Origin: a bacterium
GTDB lineage: Bacteria > Patescibacteriota > Minisyncoccia > Phycocordibacterales > UBA5272
Direction: 5' to 3'
NCBI GenBank assembly: GCA_043771335.1
Contig: JAYVHM010000003.1
Coordinates: 29,268-93,267 of the forward strand
DNA: 64,000 bases
The notes beneath the pieces were generated by a model. It ran no database searches and was not told where the DNA came from. It saw only the letters and a program-made list of their open reading frames with translations. This document shows positions 18,095 through 27,826 of the stretch, piece after piece. How positions within the stretch are numbered: the stretch's first letter is position 1; every line of letters starts with the position of its first letter. Made by a program: the position numbers and the translations under genes.

Positions 18095-19414
18095 ATGAGA
18101 AAAATACTTAAGAAAATAATAGTTTATATACTATTTTTAGAATCAAAAATGATACTTAGAAAGTTTAATCCATACATCATAGGGGTGGTTGGGGCTGTAG
18201 GGAAAACGACAACAAAAGATTCTGTGGCTTCTATTTTTAAAAACATAAAAGATGAAAATGGCCATAATCTAAAATACATAGCCACCAAAAAAAGTCTCAA
18301 CAGTGAATTCGGAGTGCCACTAACTATAATAGGTGCTGATAGTGGCTGGGATAGTATTTTAGCTTGGCTTAAAATAATAATTAAGGGTATAAAAGTTTAT
18401 TTGAAAAAAGACTATGCTAAATATCTAATATTAGAAGTCGGCGCAGATCAGAAAGGAGATATAAAAAGTATTTCTGAATGGTTACACTGTGACGTCGTGA
18501 TTGTGACCGCATACGGTAATGTGCCAGTGCATGTAGAAAACTTTAAGAACAGAAATGAATTAATAAGAGAAGATGAGTACTTAGTAAAGTCTTTAAAAGA
18601 AAAAGGGGTTTTAATTTATAATGAAGACTGTGAGGATGCTTGTGATATTTCTGACAGACATACAAAAGAAAAGTCTACAAAAGAAAAATTAGCTTTTACT
18701 ATTAAAAATACAAAAAACACAGAGTGCAAGGCTAAGGCAATTTCTAATGACATTAGAAATAAAAAAGTCACAGCTCAGGTGTCTGTAAAAAATAATCTGT
18801 TTATTCTGGAGTGTGATGGTGTTGTGGGTGAAGCGGCCATCTCTTGTGCTCTTCCGGCTCTGATAGTTTCTAATTTGCTTGCTCTGGACATGAAAAATAG
18901 TATTAAGAATATAAAAGAAATGGAGAGGAGTCCAGGCAGGATGAGGGTCTTAGAAGGGAAGAACAGTTCTGCTGTAATTGACGACAGCTACAACTCTTCG
19001 CCTGTTGCCGTCAGTAGTGGGCTTAAAACTTTAAAATCTTTAACTGGTCACATGAGGAAAATAATAATTTTAGGTGATATGTTAGAGCTCGGCAAATATA
19101 CAAAAGAAGAACATTTAAAGATTGGTAAAGAGGCAGCAAGTTCTGGGAATATTTTAATTACTGTAGGTAATAGAGCAAAGTTCATAGCTGAGGGAGCTAG
19201 AGATTCTGGTATGGGGGCAGGCTGGATACTTGAGTGTGGTGATTCAGAATCAGCAGGTGAGGAGGTTTTAAATATTTTAAAAACAGGTGACATAGTGTAT
19301 GTAAAAGGTTCTCAGTCTATAAGATTAGAAAAAGCAGTAAAAATGCTAGTCTCTGAAAATGTAGATATTAAAAAAGACATAGTAAGACAAAGCTCTGAAT
19401 GGCTTGCGAGATGA
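18095..19414 (+). CDS. murF: Mur ligase family protein, MurF-like (UDP-MurNAc-tripeptide--D-Ala-D-Ala ligase) with short N-terminus
   Basis: P-loop GVVGAVGKTTTKD, IDDSYNSSP, ILGDMLELG and VYVKGSQS match MurF middle/C-terminal signatures. The real start may be the internal Met at 18149. Confidence 0.6.
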   Translation: MRKILKKIIVYILFLESKMILRKFNPYIIGVVGAVGKTTTKDSVASIFKNIKDENGHNLKYIATKKSLNSEFGVPLTIIGADSGWDSILAWLKIIIKGIKVYLKKDYAKYLILEVGADQKGDIKSISEWLHCDVVIVTAYGNVPVHVENFKNRNELIREDEYLVKSLKEKGVLIYNEDCEDACDISDRHTKEKSTKEKLAFTIKNTKNTECKAKAISNDIRNKKVTAQVSVKNNLFILECDGVVGEAAISCALPALIVSNLLALDMKNSIKNIKEMERSPGRMRVLEGKNSSAVIDDSYNSSPVAVSSGLKTLKSLTGHMRKIIILGDMLELGKYTKEEHLKIGKEAASSGNILITVGNRAKFIAEGARDSGMGAGWILECGDSESAGEEVLNILKTGDIVYVKGSQSIRLEKAVKMLVSENVDIKKDIVRQSSEWLAR

Positions 19415-19493
19415 TCCATAATCTGTGATGTTTTTGTATTGTTTATTTTAAATAAATGATATAATTAGTATAGATAAAATAAAAAATAAAAAT

Positions 19494-20009
19494 ATGCAAT
19501 CAGATAATAACAAAGTTAGCTTGAGAAATAATAAAAATATGCGCCTAGGTATGATAATCTTTTTGATGTTAGTAGTCGCTGTGCTTTATTTTAGAAATGT
19601 TAATACAGAGAATCTAACCACTGCAGATGGAATAAAGTCAGAGCTCGGAGGGCAGATGAAGCCTGACACTCTTGAGAAAAAAATTCTAATAGGTATTATG
19701 GGACTACTTGGAGTTGGGGCTGGTCTTGAGGCTAGCAATAATGACATAGACCTAGGTAAATTAATAGAAACAAAAAGTCTCAGCGCTTCAAAAGTCCTAC
19801 GTGATAGAGAGGGTAATGTTGTAAGTGAGGCAGAAGTAAAAGCTGGAGTAAAGACAGGAAAAGCTACCGACGAGTATAATTGTGATGATTTTAAAACTCA
19901 ACCAGAAGCACAAAAGTTTTTTATAAATGCTGGTGGAGTTAGTGGGGATACAAATAGATTAGACGGAAACAAGGATGGAGTAGCGTGTACAGCCTTGCCT
20001 CAGAAATAA
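19494..20009 (+). CDS. Membrane-anchored Excalibur (extracellular Ca-binding) domain protein
   Basis: N-terminal TM. C-terminus NCDDFKTQPEAQKFFINAGGVSGDTNRLDGNKDGVACT matches the Excalibur consensus (CxDF..Q.EAQ....D...LD.D.DG.ACE). Confidence 0.6.
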   Translation: MQSDNNKVSLRNNKNMRLGMIIFLMLVVAVLYFRNVNTENLTTADGIKSELGGQMKPDTLEKKILIGIMGLLGVGAGLEASNNDIDLGKLIETKSLSASKVLRDREGNVVSEAEVKAGVKTGKATDEYNCDDFKTQPEAQKFFINAGGVSGDTNRLDGNKDGVACTALPQK

Positions 20010-20071
20010 TAGTCCTAAAAATAATTTTTAGAATTTAAAATTAAAATAAAACTCAGAATAATTTCTGAGTT

Positions 20072-20725
20072 TTATTTTTTGGAGATGATTATTTTAGAAT
20101 CACCTGACACAGCTCCCTTGATCTCCTTTCCAAAAACTTGGGCTACCACTAAGTATTTTCCACCTTTAAAATCAGTAACTACATAAGCAGTTCCAACTTC
20201 TTCAAAGTCTCTGTAAAGAATGTTGTATCTGTGCCACTTACTTCCCATCCATGACTTTGTCACATCTACTTCACTTTCAAATTCTCCATAAGCCAGATTT
20301 TCTCCACGCCATTCATAGTTGTAAGAGGATGTTATGAGTAATTCATCTATGCCGTTCCCTGTTGGTGAGTCATGAGCAAAATAATTATTTTTTACCATAT
20401 CGTCGAGTCGGAGCTTGGCCAGTCTGTTTAATTCTACATTTTCTTTTAAAGTATTTAATTTCTTTTTTGTACGTTCTTTATTTATCTCTTTTAAAAAGTT
20501 TTTATTAGACCAAGAGTATTTTTGAATTTTTGATAATTTTGGAGCATTTGGAGTTTTGGGTAAATCAAATGAGTTGAGAGAATTTGTATTTGTTTGCGCA
20601 AAAGATTGACTTATTGCTACTAAAAAGAGTAGAGTAATTATCAAAAATAAACTTACAGATAATCTTAAGACACTTCTAGCGAAAGTGTTTTGTTCTATAT
20701 TTACTTTTACAAAACTTGTGTTCAT
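20072..20725 (-). CDS. Secreted CAP/SCP/PR-1 (YkwD-like) domain protein
   Basis: Signal anchor, then LNRLAKLRLDDMVKNNYFAHDSPTG...GENLAYG...WMGSKWHRYNILYRDFEEVGTAYV typical of the CAP domain. Confidence 0.6.
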   Translation of the reverse strand: MNTSFVKVNIEQNTFARSVLRLSVSLFLIITLLFLVAISQSFAQTNTNSLNSFDLPKTPNAPKLSKIQKYSWSNKNFLKEINKERTKKKLNTLKENVELNRLAKLRLDDMVKNNYFAHDSPTGNGIDELLITSSYNYEWRGENLAYGEFESEVDVTKSWMGSKWHRYNILYRDFEEVGTAYVVTDFKGGKYLVVAQVFGKEIKGAVSGDSKIIISKK

Positions 20726-20835
20726 TTGTAAACACTAACATATTAGATATTTATTGTCAAATCTATGTAAAAATAAAAATAGGCTAGTTAAATAATTATT
20801 TAACTAGCCTAAGGGTCCATGTTAATCTTTTTAGA

Positions 20836-21666
20836 TTAATTTATTTTCTCAAAAATATAACAGGTGTACATGTTATTTGGTTCATCATGAAGCTCTCTTA
20901 TATATTTGGTGATCTGGTTTTTATTAGCCAAACATTCATTATTAGGATGATAATAAATATTAACTGATTCTAATTTGAACTTATTTTTTGATAAAGAGCA
21001 TAAGTTTTCACCCGCTTCCATCTCATAAAAGAATGCTGGCATTTTTTCTGGTCTATATACCAGCTTAGCTGTGCATAAATTAGTGTTCCCAATCCTCAAA
21101 ACTTCTTCTATTTCAAAAGTTTTATCAGTTAAACTCAAGGCTTCTGTTTTTACTTTTTTACATCTTTTGATATGGTTTTCATATGCTGAAGAATATAATT
21201 TTTCACATTTGTTTTCAGCAAAGACCTTCGTGTAATCATTTTTGTATGTCCCAAAATCAAAAGAAAAGTTTGAGAAAAGTGAGAACACAATAGACACAAA
21301 AACAGCGAGCCCAATAATAAGCCTTGCAGAATGATCTAACTCAAGTTTCTTGAATGTAGATTCTTTTATGCGCTTAAATATGAAGAATGACAAAAATAGC
21401 TGAATAGTAAAAACTGTCACAGTTGACCAGAATGTCGTATAGCTATAAGACCAGTACTTACCATTATGATTTAAGAGCAGAAAAGCAGGATAAGAGAACC
21501 AGATTATGAAGTACAGAGAGAAAGCCATAAAAGCTAATTTCTCAGTACTTATATTTTTTGGTTCCAGTTTTTTCCAGACAAATGCAATAGGTTTTAGAAA
21601 GAAAATAATTATTTTGACTGTAAAAATAAGTGCACTTGACCAAAAGCCTGAACTTTTTGTTTCCAT
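20836..21666 (-). CDS. Hypothetical membrane protein with C-terminal soluble domain
   Basis: 276 aa, about 4 TM helices then a Cys-containing soluble domain. Confidence 0.4.
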   Translation of the reverse strand: METKSSGFWSSALIFTVKIIIFFLKPIAFVWKKLEPKNISTEKLAFMAFSLYFIIWFSYPAFLLLNHNGKYWSYSYTTFWSTVTVFTIQLFLSFFIFKRIKESTFKKLELDHSARLIIGLAVFVSIVFSLFSNFSFDFGTYKNDYTKVFAENKCEKLYSSAYENHIKRCKKVKTEALSLTDKTFEIEEVLRIGNTNLCTAKLVYRPEKMPAFFYEMEAGENLCSLSKNKFKLESVNIYYHPNNECLANKNQITKYIRELHDEPNNMYTCYIFEKIN

Positions 21667-21811
21667 TTTTATCTCCTAATAGGTTGAAAGAATAAATAAC
21701 AGGAATCTGTTATCACTTTCAGATAATACAATACTTTTTAAGTAAAAGCAAGTTTCTAATTTTGTTAATTATATTGAAAATAAAAATATTATAAGTGTTA
21801 TTATTATAAGT

Positions 21812-23356
21812 ATGAAAGTGTCTAGAGTATATAGCGCTCAGGTGTCAGGCCTTAGCGGTGTGCCAATTAGCGTTGAGACTGATGTGACTAGTGGGGTTTA
21901 CAGCTTCACTATTGTTGGCCTGCCTGATCAGTCAGTAGCAGAGAGTAAGGAACGTGTGCATGCAGCGCTCAAGAATAGTGACTATGACAGTCCAAAAAGT
22001 AGAAATCATAAGTTAACAGTCTCTCTTGCTCCGGCTGATATTAGAAAAGAGGGTCCAGTCTTTGACCTTGCTATCGCCATATCATACTTAGTTTCAGTTG
22101 GTGATATAAAGAGGGAAGATATTGAGGATTTTGTTTTCGTTGGTGAGTTGTCCCTCGTAGGTGAATTACAGCCGATGAAGGGTGCACTCGCTATCGCTCG
22201 CGCCGTATCCGAAATATCAAAAAAGAAAAATAAGAAAATAAAATTATTTTTACCAAAAGAGAATTCCTTTGAGGCAGCATTAATAAAAGAAATAGAAGTT
22301 TTTGGAGTTAATAATATAAAAGAAGTAGTAGAATATCTTAAAAATAATTTAGAATTAAAAGCGGTGCCAATGCAAGAGATAAAAAAGAAAGAAAACTTTT
22401 ATCCGGATATTGGTGAGGTGAGGGGACAGGCGCTCGCGAAGCGAGCGCTAACTATAGCCGCCGCAGGCGGACATAACATATGTCTCTATGGACCACCAGG
22501 CACAGGTAAGACAATGCTTGCTAAGGCCTTCACTGGGATATTGCCCACTCTCTCATTTGAAGAGAGTCTCGAAGTTACAGGCATACACTCTATAGCTGGT
22601 GCTGACAGAGATATTATAACTCATCCGCCACTGCGGGCTCCGCATCACACCAGTAGTTACGTTTCCATTATTGGTGGTGGTAGTGTACCAAAACCCGGTG
22701 AGATAACACTCGCTCATCGTGGTGTATTATTCTTGGACGAATTCCCCGAGCATGATAGTAAGACTCTGGAGGCCATGCGTGAGCCACTTGAAGATGGAAT
22801 AGTTAGAATCTCAAGAGCGAGGGGTAGCGAGGTCTTCCCAGCTGAGTTCATTTTACTCGCTGCCATGAACCATTGTCCATGTGGATATATGGGTAGTAAA
22901 GTAAAAGACTGCACATGTAAGTCTCATGACATAGAGAGGTATCAGAGGAAAATCTCAGGTCCGATAATGGACCGTATTGATCTTTGGGTTTTTGTCCAGA
23001 ACATTGCCTATGAGGAATTATCTAAAAAGAGTGACGATATAAAAATATCACCAAAACTACGCGATGCAATAGTCTCAGCTCGCAACTTTTCAGAGAATAG
23101 AAATCAAAATCTTAAAATTAAAAATAAATTAAATAAAAATTACACAGGAAAAGAGTTGCATACAGTGGCTGGACTAGGCGAAGTAGAAGTTGCAACACTT
23201 AATAGATTAGCTAATCAGTTCAACATATCACCCCGCGCATATCATAGAGTGCAGAGAGTGGCGAGAACTATTGCTGACCTAGAGGGCATGGATAAAATAA
23301 ATGAAGGTCACATATTAGAAGCTTTTCAATACAGACCAAAATTAAATGTTCAATAA
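21812..23356 (+). CDS. YifB/ComM-family Mg-chelatase-like AAA+ ATPase
   Basis: 514 aa. Walker A GPPGTGKTM, Walker B VLFLDEF, C-terminal HRVQRVARTIADLEG typical of YifB. Confidence 0.85.
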   Translation: MKVSRVYSAQVSGLSGVPISVETDVTSGVYSFTIVGLPDQSVAESKERVHAALKNSDYDSPKSRNHKLTVSLAPADIRKEGPVFDLAIAISYLVSVGDIKREDIEDFVFVGELSLVGELQPMKGALAIARAVSEISKKKNKKIKLFLPKENSFEAALIKEIEVFGVNNIKEVVEYLKNNLELKAVPMQEIKKKENFYPDIGEVRGQALAKRALTIAAAGGHNICLYGPPGTGKTMLAKAFTGILPTLSFEESLEVTGIHSIAGADRDIITHPPLRAPHHTSSYVSIIGGGSVPKPGEITLAHRGVLFLDEFPEHDSKTLEAMREPLEDGIVRISRARGSEVFPAEFILLAAMNHCPCGYMGSKVKDCTCKSHDIERYQRKISGPIMDRIDLWVFVQNIAYEELSKKSDDIKISPKLRDAIVSARNFSENRNQNLKIKNKLNKNYTGKELHTVAGLGEVEVATLNRLANQFNISPRAYHRVQRVARTIADLEGMDKINEGHILEAFQYRPKLNVQ

Positions 23357-23423
23357 TAAATTAAAAACAAAATAAAAACTCTTATTTTTAAAAATAAGAG
23401 TTTTTATTTAAGTTGCTTTGTTA

Positions 23424-24053
23424 TTAATTTATTTCTACGAAAATATCTTCTTTTGATTTTCTTACTTTTTTACTGTTAGCTGATAAATCATCAACGCTTC
23501 TATATCCTACTGGTAAGACTACAGAGGCAGTGATACCCATCGCAGTTAGTCCAAGTATCTCATCATATTTTGTCGCATCGAAACCCTCCATGGCACAGCA
23601 GTCTACATCCATATCAGCACAAGTACTCATCATGAATCCAAGAGCTAAGTATACTTGCTTTGCCATCCAAGCTTCTTGATCTGGACGAGGCACTACATTA
23701 CCTATCATCATGCCTTTGTATCCATCTAATGCAGTCAGGTCAGTCATGTCTTTTGCGGCACCAACTTCTTGTATGTATTTTGTTACATATTCTTCGTCAA
23801 CTTTATTTTGCCTACAAAGTATAAAGAGGTGTGAGGCTTCGGTTATTTGAGGTTGACCCCAAGAAGCTTCTTTTAGTTTTTCTCTTGTTACTTCATTTTT
23901 TATTAAAAGCAATTTCCATGGTTGTAATCCATAAGAAGAAGGGGATAATCTAAAAGATTCTATAATATCTGTTACTTGCTCTTCGCTTAATTTTCTTTTT
24001 TTATCGAAACTTTTTGTAGCATATCTCCAATTTAATTTTTGTATTAGACTCAT
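23424..24053 (-). CDS. Nitroreductase-family NAD(P)H oxidoreductase
   Basis: N-terminus RYATKSFDKKRKLSEEQVTDIIESFRLSPSSYGLQPWKLLLI fits the nitroreductase fold. Confidence 0.65.
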   Translation of the reverse strand: MSLIQKLNWRYATKSFDKKRKLSEEQVTDIIESFRLSPSSYGLQPWKLLLIKNEVTREKLKEASWGQPQITEASHLFILCRQNKVDEEYVTKYIQEVGAAKDMTDLTALDGYKGMMIGNVVPRPDQEAWMAKQVYLALGFMMSTCADMDVDCCAMEGFDATKYDEILGLTAMGITASVVLPVGYRSVDDLSANSKKVRKSKEDIFVEIN

Positions 24054-24126
24054 ATTTTTTTAATTTAATTTTTATATATGCTAATTATAGCACAAATGCC
24101 TAGACTCTTCTTTATTTTTATTTTAT

Positions 24127-24155
24127 TTGACTAAAATACAAAATTAGTATAGTAT
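24127..24155 (+). promoter_or_regulatory. Promoter TTGACT-N17-TAGTAT for the Clp-N gene (leadered, SD-containing)
   Basis: -35/-10 hexamers with a 17-nt spacer. 43-nt leader with AAGGAG 8 nt before the ATG at 24199. Confidence 0.35.
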
Positions 24156-24198
24156 GTTACCTGTATAGTGTTTGTGCTCATTTTTTAAGGAGTTAAGT

Positions 24199-24879
24199 AT
24201 GATATCACGAGAATTAGAAGTTAGCTTACATGCATGTTTTGTTGACGCTCGTAAAAAGCGCCATGAATTTGTAACTGTCGAGCACTTATTACTTTGCTTA
24301 CTGGATAATCCAAGCGCAAAAGCCACTCTTTTAGCTTGCAGTGAAAACATAGATAGTGTAGAAGTGCTTAGAAAATCTCTGGAAGATTTTATAAAAAATA
24401 ATACTCCAACAGTCGTAGAAAATGGAATAGAAGTCGACACTCAACCCACTCTTGGTTTTCAGCGTTGTGTGCAGCGTGCAATTATGTGGATTAAAGATAT
24501 TAAAAAGGAGGTTTCTGGTGCAGAAGTTTTGCTTGCAATATTTGGCGAGAGAGATTCTCATGCTGTATCTTTTCTTCATGAACAAAATATAATTCGTCTC
24601 GACGTGGTTAGCTATATATCTCACGGTATTAGAAAAGATGGCAAGCTTGAGAATGATCTGCAGTCAATGTCAGTTTTTCAATTTTTTATGAAATTAAAAG
24701 ACGGAGAAGTTGATCCGAGATATGTTAAGCTTGTCAAAAAGTTCAAGGCTTTAATTAATAAAGAAGGTGGCGGTTTTGGATCAACACAAAAAATGACCTT
24801 CCCTGATTTCCTGTCCTCAGACAAGGTGGCCTTATCTAGTTCTGTAGAAAAAAGCAAAGTGACTCTTCGAAAAAAATAA
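24199..24879 (+). CDS. Stand-alone Clp N-terminal (double Clp_N repeat) domain protein
   Basis: MISRELEVSLHACFVDARKKRHEFVTVEHLLLCLLDN... and a second repeat AIMWIKDIKKEVSGAEVLLAIFGERDSHAVSFL, as in ClpA/ClpB N-domains. No AAA+ module follows. Confidence 0.7.
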   Translation: MISRELEVSLHACFVDARKKRHEFVTVEHLLLCLLDNPSAKATLLACSENIDSVEVLRKSLEDFIKNNTPTVVENGIEVDTQPTLGFQRCVQRAIMWIKDIKKEVSGAEVLLAIFGERDSHAVSFLHEQNIIRLDVVSYISHGIRKDGKLENDLQSMSVFQFFMKLKDGEVDPRYVKLVKKFKALINKEGGGFGSTQKMTFPDFLSSDKVALSSSVEKSKVTLRKK

Positions 24880-25061
24880 AACAAGACAGTCTGCCAACCC
24901 ATACAATAATTTGTATGGGTTTTTATTTGTCTGATTTGCAAAAAAGAGTATATAATGTTATTATATTTTTAATACCCCGCGGGGTGTTTTAATTTGGAAA
25001 AAAGAGTATAATTAGTTCATAAGAAACTTATTAAGAAAGTATAAAATAAAAATTTAAAAAT

Positions 25062-25241
25062 ATGCAAATCACAAAATTTATCAGAGACGTTAGAAACGAA
25101 ATGACACATGTAAGATGGCCAACAAGAAAGATGATAATAGGATCAACTATCGCCGTGCTTGTTATATCATTCCTTACTGCCATTTACCTTGGTGGTGAAG
25201 ATGTTTTGTTACAAAAATTATTAACCAAATTTGTAAAATAA
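25062..25241 (+). CDS. secE: Preprotein translocase subunit SecE (59 aa, below the ORF-track cutoff)
   Basis: MQITKFIRDVRNEMTHVRWPTRKMIIGSTIAVLVISFLTAIYLGG... matches SecE (VxWPTRKE + TM helix). Immediately precedes nusG. Confidence 0.75.
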   Translation: MQITKFIRDVRNEMTHVRWPTRKMIIGSTIAVLVISFLTAIYLGGEDVLLQKLLTKFVK

Positions 25242-25242
25242 T

Positions 25243-25962
25243 ATGTCAGAAGAAATAATTAACGAAGATATTGTGGTAGACAATGTCCCAGAAATAATAG
25301 AGTCTGTTATAGATACAAAAATAGAAGAAGTAAAAAATGAGGTAGCAGAAGCGAGACCAATGACTAATATGCTTGGTGATTTTGATTTAAATAATGATTC
25401 TGAGTCTTTGAATATAAATCTAAAACAAATAGGTAATAACGAGCGTGCTTGGTATGCAGTACATACATACAGTGGTTATGAAAATGCTGTTCAGAAAAAT
25501 CTAAAACAACGTATAGACTCACTTGATGTGTCAGATACTATCTTTGATGTGGTAGTGCCAATAGAAAAGAAAATAAAAGTAAAAGCTGGTAAGCGTGTAG
25601 AGGTAGAAGAAAAAGTTTATCCAGGATATGTATTAGTAGACATGATAGTTAATGATGATACATGGTACATAGTTCGTAACACACCACGTGTTACTGGCTT
25701 CGTAGGTGCTGGTAATATGCCTGTGCCATTAACTCCAAAAGAAGTATCCTACTTACTAGGTAAAATGCAATCAGCGACAGTAACTCATGAATTAGAGGTG
25801 GCCCAAGGTGAGATGGTAATAGTAAATGAAGGACCATTTAAAGATTTTGAAGGTAGAGTAGATAATGTTGATAAGGTTCGTGGTAAGTTAAATGTACTAG
25901 TAAATATGTTCGGACGTGAGACTCCGGTAGAATTAGACTTCTTGCAAGTTAGGAAGATTTAG
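25243..25962 (+). CDS. nusG: Transcription antitermination factor NusG with about 60-aa acidic N-terminal extension
   Basis: NGN domain WYAVHTYSGYENAVQKNL... and KOW domain GEMVIVNEGPFKDFEGRV. Confidence 0.9.
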   Translation: MSEEIINEDIVVDNVPEIIESVIDTKIEEVKNEVAEARPMTNMLGDFDLNNDSESLNINLKQIGNNERAWYAVHTYSGYENAVQKNLKQRIDSLDVSDTIFDVVVPIEKKIKVKAGKRVEVEEKVYPGYVLVDMIVNDDTWYIVRNTPRVTGFVGAGNMPVPLTPKEVSYLLGKMQSATVTHELEVAQGEMVIVNEGPFKDFEGRVDNVDKVRGKLNVLVNMFGRETPVELDFLQVRKI

Positions 25963-26040
25963 TGTATTATATACAAGCTTCTAAACAAAATATAAAAACA
26001 AATATGAACTTGTTTTTATAAAACTAATTAAAATAAAAAT

Positions 26041-26469
26041 ATGAATCCAACTAAAAAAGTAAGTAAGAAAGTAAAGGTGCAGATAATGGCAGGTAAGGCA
26101 ATTCCTGCTCCGCCACTTGGTCCCGCCCTCGGACAGGCTGGTGTAAACATCGCAGACTTTACTAAAAAGTTCAACGATGCTACAAAAGACATGAAAGGTT
26201 TACTTTCTGTAAAGATCTATGCTTACGAGGATAGAACTTATGACTTTGTAGCTAAATCAGCGACAACAACAAGTATGATAAAAGAAGTTCTTGGCATGAA
26301 AAGCTTAAGTGCAAAACCAGGTATAACCAAAGCTGGTAAAATCACAAAAGCTCAAATCAAAGCAATAGCTGAGCATAAGATGGCTGACATGACTGCAAAT
26401 GATATCGCCGGAGCTATGAAAATAGTAGAAGGATCAGCAAGATCAATGGGTCTAGATATTGTGGCTTAA
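26041..26469 (+). CDS. rplK: 50S ribosomal protein L11
   Basis: AGKAIPAPPLGPALGQAGVNIADFTKKFN matches L11. rplA, normally next, is absent. Confidence 0.9.
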   Translation: MNPTKKVSKKVKVQIMAGKAIPAPPLGPALGQAGVNIADFTKKFNDATKDMKGLLSVKIYAYEDRTYDFVAKSATTTSMIKEVLGMKSLSAKPGITKAGKITKAQIKAIAEHKMADMTANDIAGAMKIVEGSARSMGLDIVA

Positions 26470-26489
26470 TATTTATAATATTTTTAGCA

Positions 26490-26530
26490 AAATAAAAGCG
26501 ACACCTTCGGCGTCGCTTTTATTTTGTGAT
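26490..26530 (+). terminator. Terminator after rplK overlapping the next promoter
   Basis: aaagcgacaccttcggcgtcgcttt hairpin; the T-run continues into TGATATAAT (26528-26536). Confidence 0.7.
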
Positions 26531-26541
26531 ATAATATACAA

Positions 26542-27048
26542 ATGAAAATAGAAGATATAAAAAATAATTTTACCCCATTAGATATTAATACTGGTCCTGG
26601 AGAAGATGCTTATGTTGACGGCGCAGAAATAGTAGAGAGGAATAACGTAGCATTAATAATAAAACACCCCACAGAAGAAAAGTATCTTATTTCAAAATGG
26701 AAACAAGTAGACTGGTCAGGATTTTTAACTGGTGGTATAGATGATGGTGAAAGCAAGGAAGACACTGCGAGAAAAGAATTAAAAGAAGAAAGCGGTTTTA
26801 AGAATATTAGGAATATAAAAGATATGAACTTTGCTTCGCACGGACTTTTCTATCAAGTAATAAAAAAACAAAATAGATTAGCTCATTATAATTTGGTTTT
26901 TATAGAGCTTGAAAATCTGGAACAAAATGAGGTGAGCGAAGAAGAGAAATTGATTTGTGATTTTATTTGGATAGACAAAGATGAGGTGATGGATAATCTT
27001 AAAAGAGATGATATGAAAAGTATTTGGGCATATTATCTTACGAATTAG
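26542..27048 (+). CDS. NUDIX hydrolase
   Basis: Nudix box GGIDDGESKEDTARKELKEESG (G-x5-E-x7-REuxEExGu). Leaderless start. Confidence 0.7.
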   Translation: MKIEDIKNNFTPLDINTGPGEDAYVDGAEIVERNNVALIIKHPTEEKYLISKWKQVDWSGFLTGGIDDGESKEDTARKELKEESGFKNIRNIKDMNFASHGLFYQVIKKQNRLAHYNLVFIELENLEQNEVSEEEKLICDFIWIDKDEVMDNLKRDDMKSIWAYYLTN

Positions 27049-27134
27049 ATTTATTTTTATAAAATCTAAATAAAATAAACCCTCATACGTAAGTATGCTG
27101 GTTTTGTCTTTTGTGATATAATATAGAAAAATAT

Positions 27135-27824
27135 ATGGCATTATCAGATAAAAAAATACTAGAATATAAAAAAGTTGGAGACATAATGATCGAGCCTTTT
27201 AAGGCTGATAACTTGGCAACTAGTAGCTACGATGTGACTCTTGGTGAATATTATTACAGAGAGCAAAGACCAGAGAGATACAATCATGACATATTCAATA
27301 TTTATTCTGAAAGAGACATGAATCATGTATGGAAGGCTGGAGAATTTAAAAAAGCAAAAAAGGCAAGTGAAGTTTTTAAAAATTATAAATTTGATTTTGT
27401 AGGTATTGAACCTAATGATAAGGTTATATTATTAAAACCAGGAGAAACAATATTAGCACACACTAATGAATATATAGGAGGTAAAAATCACATCACAACA
27501 ATGATGAAAGCAAGAAGTAGTATGGGAAGAAGTTTTATAGAAGTGTGTAAGTGTGCAGGTTGGGGAGATGTCGGATACATGAATAGATGGACCATGGAAA
27601 TCACAAATAATTCTAGGAATTACTCTATACCACTAGTCGTCGGCCGTCGCATAGCACAAATAGTATTTTTTGAAACAGGACAAATCAACGGCATAGATTA
27701 TTCAGAGATAAAAACTAGTAAGTATGCATCTAGTACAGATATAAAAATATTAAAGAAAAACTGGAAACCAACAGACATGTTGCCAAAACTCTATAAAGAC
27801 AGAGATATAAAAAACAAAAACTAA
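27135..27824 (+). CDS. dcd: dCTP deaminase / dUTPase-superfamily protein
   Basis: MALSDKKILEYKKVGDIMIEPF...SYDVTLG N-terminus typical of Dcd. 229 aa. Confidence 0.6.
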   Translation: MALSDKKILEYKKVGDIMIEPFKADNLATSSYDVTLGEYYYREQRPERYNHDIFNIYSERDMNHVWKAGEFKKAKKASEVFKNYKFDFVGIEPNDKVILLKPGETILAHTNEYIGGKNHITTMMKARSSMGRSFIEVCKCAGWGDVGYMNRWTMEITNNSRNYSIPLVVGRRIAQIVFFETGQINGIDYSEIKTSKYASSTDIKILKKNWKPTDMLPKLYKDRDIKNKN

Positions 27825-27826
27825 AC

